From contig JAHQXB010000167.1 of NCBI GenBank assembly GCA_029856435.1, forward strand, positions 1-11,165: a stretch of DNA of 11,165 nucleotides. Direction: 5' to 3'. Within the stretch, counting starts at the first letter, position 1; each line of letters opens with the position of its first letter. Below are positions 7,318 to 11,165 of this stretch, one piece after another. A program made the position numbers and the translations under genes. The notes below the pieces were generated by a model that was given only the letters and a program-made list of their open reading frames with translations, was not told the DNA's origin and ran no database searches. This stretch comes from Candidatus Jordarchaeia archaeon (GTDB taxonomy: Archaea; Asgardarchaeota; Jordiarchaeia; Jordiarchaeales; Jordiarchaeaceae).

Positions 7318-8967
7318 TCAATCCCTCCTCCAGAAGTCTGGTAGAACATCATAATTTGCAACTCCAGCGTATATTGCCTGGTTGATTTCCTCCTCACTCA
7401 CCTGGTCCCCTCGCAGTAGGACACATTTTCCCTTCCACCTCTCTTGGGCGAACTCCAAGGCATCTTTGTGAGCTTGTTCAGGACTGAGATTAAGCTCATC
7501 GGCAATTATGGCAAGGGCTTTAAAGTTGCAGAAGGTGCTCTGGCAGGGACCCATTCCCAGTCTCACCCTCCTGCGAAGGTCGCTCAGACTGGTTGCAAAC
7601 TCGTTTCGTAAAGAGTACCTTATCTCAGCTTCAGTTACAGACTCACACCTGCAAATGGTGGACTTGTACTCAGGATTCTCCCGAGTGAGCTTCAAGACTT
7701 CCGGAGTGTTGGAGCCGTGCCTGCTCGCTATTCTCCCTACTGTGTGTGTGGGCATGTTATATTCTTCGGACCACAATTCTATGTCCACTTCGCCCTCTGC
7801 GCCGGGCAGGGGTTCTATGTGTGTTCTACACTCAGCTTTTATGCCTAGCTTCTTACAGATGAGGTCGGTCATCTTTTCCGCCATTACCCTATAGATAACC
7901 AGTTTTCCTCCCTCAAAGCTCACAATTCCCTTAACTCCATCGCGTTCCTCGTGGTCTACCAGTTTAAAGTTGCGGGTGGCCTCATCTTCAGTTATCCACC
8001 ATTCAGGGAGCATGGGCCGCACACCACACATGGTTCTTATAACTCGGGCTTCCCTAATGGAGGGCACAGCCACCTCAATACTTGAAATGAGGTACTCCAC
8101 ATCATCGTAGCTGGTTTCGGCATCGTCCGGGCTTCCGAAAATGTCCCAAGCGGTTGTGCCCAGAACAGTGGTGTCGAAGTGTGGAAAGAGGTAAACTGAT
8201 CTTCCATCCAGAGCCCTGCAGACCACTCCCACCCCGGTTACTCTCCGATCAAAAACAACGTGGGAGCCCTTGTTTAGTCTGAGTGGTTGGTCTATGCCCG
8301 CCATTTTGGAAATCCGGGATACCCAAGGACCGGCGCAGTTGGCGACAAACTTGCCGTAGATTTCTTCAACTTTCCCGGTTTTTTTGTCCTTTGCTATTAC
8401 GCCTTCTACTCTGTCGCCGTTTCTTATGATGTCTATGACTTCAGTATAGTTGCGAACCACTGCGCCGTGGTTCTTGGCTGATAGTGCGTTTAGCATGCAG
8501 AGTCTGAAGGGGTCGATGAACATTTCGTCGAAGTAGGCTGCGAGGAGTATCTTGTCGCTTAGTTTGGGTTCTATTTTTCTGGCTTCCTCCTTGCTTAGCA
8601 GCATAATGGGGCTAGCTCCCCGCAGGGCTGTATACTTGCTGTAGTCTGTTTTTTTCGAAGTTCGGGCTTTGAGGTCGATTTCGTTAATGATAGCAGTGAT
8701 GATTGGGAGGCGGAAAACAATGTGTTTGGCTATTTTTTGCAGGTACACGACCTCCTTGGTGCACAGTTCAACCATTTCCGGCTCATCCAGATACTTTACT
8801 CCTCCAGATATCATGCCGGCGCAGGCACCAGCGGTTCCTGAACCAAAGTCATTCCTCTCAAGAAGAATGGTTTTCAATCCGCGCATAGCGCAGTCTCGGG
8901 CAGTACCTGCCCCAGAAGAGCCACCACCAATTACGATAACGTCGTACTCTTCCTTCAAACAAAACAT
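7318..8967 (-). CDS. glpA: Anaerobic glycerol-3-phosphate dehydrogenase subunit A-like flavoprotein with C-terminal BFD-like [2Fe-2S] domain (about 549 aa); substrate-site motifs altered
   Basis: DVIVIGGGSSGAGTARDCAMRGL, DPFRL, NCAGPW, NKGSH, GVRP, GGKL, and ICRCE...LRRRVRLGMGPCQSTFC (four Cys of the GlpA BFD domain). Start uncertain: ATG 8967, TTG 8958 (SD GGAG) or TTG 8988. Confidence 0.92.
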   Translation of the reverse strand: MFCLKEEYDVIVIGGGSSGAGTARDCAMRGLKTILLERNDFGSGTAGACAGMISGGVKYLDEPEMVELCTKEVVYLQKIAKHIVFRLPIITAIINEIDLKARTSKKTDYSKYTALRGASPIMLLSKEEARKIEPKLSDKILLAAYFDEMFIDPFRLCMLNALSAKNHGAVVRNYTEVIDIIRNGDRVEGVIAKDKKTGKVEEIYGKFVANCAGPWVSRISKMAGIDQPLRLNKGSHVVFDRRVTGVGVVCRALDGRSVYLFPHFDTTVLGTTAWDIFGSPDDAETSYDDVEYLISSIEVAVPSIREARVIRTMCGVRPMLPEWWITEDEATRNFKLVDHEERDGVKGIVSFEGGKLVIYRVMAEKMTDLICKKLGIKAECRTHIEPLPGAEGEVDIELWSEEYNMPTHTVGRIASRHGSNTPEVLKLTRENPEYKSTICRCESVTEAEIRYSLRNEFATSLSDLRRRVRLGMGPCQSTFCNFKALAIIADELNLSPEQAHKDALEFAQERWKGKCVLLRGDQVSEEEINQAIYAGVANYDVLPDFWRRD

Positions 8968-8995
8968 CTCCAAAAATTTGAAGACCAAGCCACAA

Positions 8996-9003
8996 TTAAT
9001 AAG
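8996..9003 (-). promoter_or_regulatory. Candidate TATA box for the glp operon
   Basis: - strand CTTATTAA about 30 nt upstream of ATG 8967, matching archaeal TATA spacing. Confidence 0.3.
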
Positions 9004-9170
9004 ATTACAAAGTGTTGATTAGGCCTTTTTTTAGCCTCCAACCGTTTGGGCGGGAGCTGTATGGTAGTGCTCCCATCTGTTATTAAATGTAGTTCCTTAA
9101 AAGTTTAATCGCCGACTTTCGAACCGCTATTTTTGGATCCGAAAAGCATGTTTGGCTTTTTTCAGTCTTT

Positions 9171-9180
9171 TTGATGCCTC
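9171..9180 (+). repeat. Left copy of 10-bp target-site duplication TTGATGCCTC
   Basis: Identical to 9290-9299 and abuts the left terminal inverted repeat exactly. Confidence 0.85.
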
Positions 9181-9289
9181 GGTGATGTAGAATCGTTCGA
9201 TTTCGCCTCAAAAAGGGGGGTGTTTATAGTGCTTCTTTCACGATTTGGAGCTTTATTAGGGGGATGAAATCGAATAAATCTACATCACC
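9181..9289. mobile_element. 109-bp MITE (non-autonomous miniature inverted-repeat element)
   Basis: Left TIR GGTGATGTAGAATCGTTCGATTTC (9181-9204) vs reverse complement of 9266-9289 GGTGATGTAGATTTATTCGATTTC: 21/24 identical, outer 11 bp perfect. Flanked by an exact 10-bp direct repeat; no coding capacity. Confidence 0.88.
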
Positions 9290-9299
9290 TTGATGCCTC
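9290..9299 (+). repeat. Right copy of 10-bp target-site duplication TTGATGCCTC
   Basis: Identical to 9171-9180 and abuts the right terminal inverted repeat exactly. Confidence 0.85.
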
Positions 9300-9300
9300 A

Positions 9301-9318
9301 AAGAAATGATTTATAAAA
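9301..9318 (+). promoter_or_regulatory. Candidate BRE + TATA box for the membrane-protein gene
   Basis: Purine-rich AAGAAATGA followed by TTTATAAAA (9310-9318), predicting a transcription start near 9340, upstream of ATG 9374. Confidence 0.5.
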
Positions 9319-9373
9319 GGGTAAGGACGTAATAGTTTTGAGGGTGTTGATTGTTTGGGTTGAGGGTTTTGAG

Positions 9374-10981
9374 ATGAGGAAATCTTCGGGTTTGGCGGTA
9401 ATTTTTTTCGGCCTGCTGCTCATTGTCGGCATTTATGGTATTAGTGTTAGTAGGCATACAGACCTTGTTTGGGGAGGCTTCAAGTTTCCCTCATCGGCCT
9501 TCATGTATCATAGTCAGTTCGGACAGTTTCAAGAAGTCACTTATCCGCTTCTCATTGGTTCTTACACTTTTGGTGGAGCTAGTGTTTTTCCCGTTTTTAG
9601 TGGTGGAAAATCCATATTTCTGGTTCCCGGAACTTATAGTGGTTGTCTCGAGCTCAGTCTAGTATCTAGCGCTGAAGTTAATGTTTCAATCTATAGTTTT
9701 GAGGAGTTTATGGCGAGTCTTTTTTGGGGCGGAGGCACCCCCCTATTCTCCGCAAGTAATGTGGCGGGAATCTCTCATTCCCAGCCATTCACAAGTGGGT
9801 TGCTCGGCGTAGCTTCTAAAGTTTTTTTGGATACTCAGCTGTTTCCCTCACCCTCCCTCACAGCCACCACCCTACCGCCCCTAGTGGTCTCCATAGAGAA
9901 TCAGGGTGTCGGGGACGCCTTTGTTAGCGTTAACTCTTATGTTTGGGGCTACCACATAGTCCAGAACTCCCAGTACCTATTTTCATGGGCGATACTAATT
10001 TTCTCAGCCATATTCACCATTCTGGCGCTGATAAGTGAGGTGGTCCCCAGAATAACAAGTGAAGATATTTACGAAGGAAGCACTGTTAAGGGAGCCCTCA
10101 AGATTGCTCTGCGTGAACCCATCCGGGTTGTCCTGCCCTATACTCTTCTCCTCGCTCCCATTCTTTATGTGGCAAATTACAATATTTGGGTGGCGGGAAA
10201 AGGTCTACCCTCTTTTCAATCCATAAACACCCTATTTGCGGGCTCCTATATTAGTACGGCTCCGGTGCCCTTCCCCCTCGAATTTGCGCTAATGGGCAGC
10301 ACAGTTATTTTTCTCATACCTCTAATTTATTTGGCTCAAATTGTGGTTTACTCACGCGTGGGAGCAATACATTTCGAAGTCGCTGAAATTGAGCCCAAAC
10401 AAGGTTTAGGAGGAGCAATCAGCACCTACCTAGCGTTGGGAGTAGTACTCTCAGCAATTTTACTATACGCTAACTTCCAGTTTTTCACCAGTATGGCTGC
10501 AATCGTCTCCTACTATGAACTGTACAAGTTTGGATTCATAGCACTTATTCTGGCACTTGCAATCCCCACCGCAACGTTTCTCTTCTCCATAGGGTACACC
10601 CTAAAAGTTATTTCCGCATCAGCAGATAGGGACGAGAGAAGCCCAGAAGAAATAGTTTCGGAAATGTGGCAACCCAAAAGAAGCCTCCTAAAAACATACA
10701 TAACAGGCTCCTTCCTACCGGTTATAGGCTTCATTCTGACTATCATGGTAGCATATTTTCTCAACCCCTTCTGTTACCCCACACCCTACATTCTCTCCCC
10801 AATAGTTGAAAACAGCGTAAACACCCTTCTCCTCTCAGGCTCCCTAATAATCAGTGCCACACTCAACCTCTTCCTAATCTTCATCCCCATAATGCAAACC
10901 ATAGTCTACTTCAGACTAAAAGGGGAACCAATACAGAAACCAATGTGGAAAACACTAGGCCGCCCATATCCCCCTCCCTAA
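9374..10981 (+). CDS. Hypothetical multi-pass membrane protein (about 535 aa): N-terminal signal/anchor, about 170-aa beta-rich extracytoplasmic domain, C-terminal multi-TM domain
   Basis: Long ORF with MRKSSG + hydrophobic stretch, a Ser/Val/Phe-rich soluble region, then roughly 6-7 hydrophobic helices ending ...IPIMQTIVYFRLKGE. ATG 9374 (GAGG upstream) preferred to TTG 9338. No confident family assignment. Confidence 0.8.
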   Translation: MRKSSGLAVIFFGLLLIVGIYGISVSRHTDLVWGGFKFPSSAFMYHSQFGQFQEVTYPLLIGSYTFGGASVFPVFSGGKSIFLVPGTYSGCLELSLVSSAEVNVSIYSFEEFMASLFWGGGTPLFSASNVAGISHSQPFTSGLLGVASKVFLDTQLFPSPSLTATTLPPLVVSIENQGVGDAFVSVNSYVWGYHIVQNSQYLFSWAILIFSAIFTILALISEVVPRITSEDIYEGSTVKGALKIALREPIRVVLPYTLLLAPILYVANYNIWVAGKGLPSFQSINTLFAGSYISTAPVPFPLEFALMGSTVIFLIPLIYLAQIVVYSRVGAIHFEVAEIEPKQGLGGAISTYLALGVVLSAILLYANFQFFTSMAAIVSYYELYKFGFIALILALAIPTATFLFSIGYTLKVISASADRDERSPEEIVSEMWQPKRSLLKTYITGSFLPVIGFILTIMVAYFLNPFCYPTPYILSPIVENSVNTLLLSGSLIISATLNLFLIFIPIMQTIVYFRLKGEPIQKPMWKTLGRPYPPP

Positions 10982-11020
10982 AAACAAGTTTCACTAGCAT
11001 CAATGAATTCATAGCCCTAG

Positions 11021-11165
11021 TTGACACTTTCCACGGCCGAAGCCGGGAGATTCCTGCTTCTAAGGTTTTCATCGGCTCTGTGTTCATTGCCCTTTTTAGG
11101 CTTCCACCTCACTCCACTCCACCTTAGCAGGGGCTGTGCCACCAGCCCGTTAACCTCGCCTCCAT
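11021..11165 (-). mobile_element. Right end of an IS200/IS605-family element with tnpB tail / omegaRNA scaffold (element continues beyond the window)
   Basis: - strand ends ...GAAGCAGGAATCTCCCGGCTTCGGCCGTGGAAAGTGTCAA, the typical IS605/IS1341 right-end pattern: subterminal hairpin CGGC-TTCG-GCCG (11031-11047) and terminal TCAA at 11024-11021. Translation gives tnpB-tail-like VNGLVAQPLLRWSGVRWKPK and, in another frame, AMNTEPMKTLEAGISRLRPW. Confidence 0.8.

Noticed and set aside
7317-7397. Longer GlpB start at 7397
   Set aside because: Overlaps the glpA 3' end by 80 nt; GTG 7316 has an SD and gives the normal DVxVIG N-terminus.
10945-11127. 60-aa + strand ORF
   Set aside because: Spans a gene end, the spacer and the antisense of the IS right end; no coding signal.

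Overview
Archaeal-looking window (GGTG/GGAGG ribosome-binding sites, TATA boxes, frequent TTG/GTG starts); lineage cannot be fixed from the sequence alone. Left to right: (1) a 5'-truncated tnpB relic on the - strand running off the left edge, missed by the ORF track; (2) a + strand Co/Ni ECF transporter operon cbiM-cbiQ-cbiO; (3) a convergent - strand cluster glpA-glpB-glpC followed by an alkyl-dihydroxyacetone-phosphate-synthase (AGPS)-like flavoprotein; (4) a divergent promoter region carrying a 109-bp MITE with 24-bp terminal inverted repeats and a 10-bp target-site duplication; (5) an unknown multi-pass membrane protein; (6) the right end / omegaRNA region of a second IS200/IS605-family element at the right edge. 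The best candidate for an undescribed system is the GlpABC + AGPS-like module. The AGPS-like protein keeps the AGPS catalytic motifs while GlpA has altered substrate-site motifs, which suggests alkyl/acyl-glycerol-phosphate (ether lipid) chemistry rather than plain glycerol-3-phosphate oxidation. A sawtooth G/T-to-A/C strand skew that resets at intergenic regions is also visible. Motif comparisons are from recalled family consensus; no searches were run.
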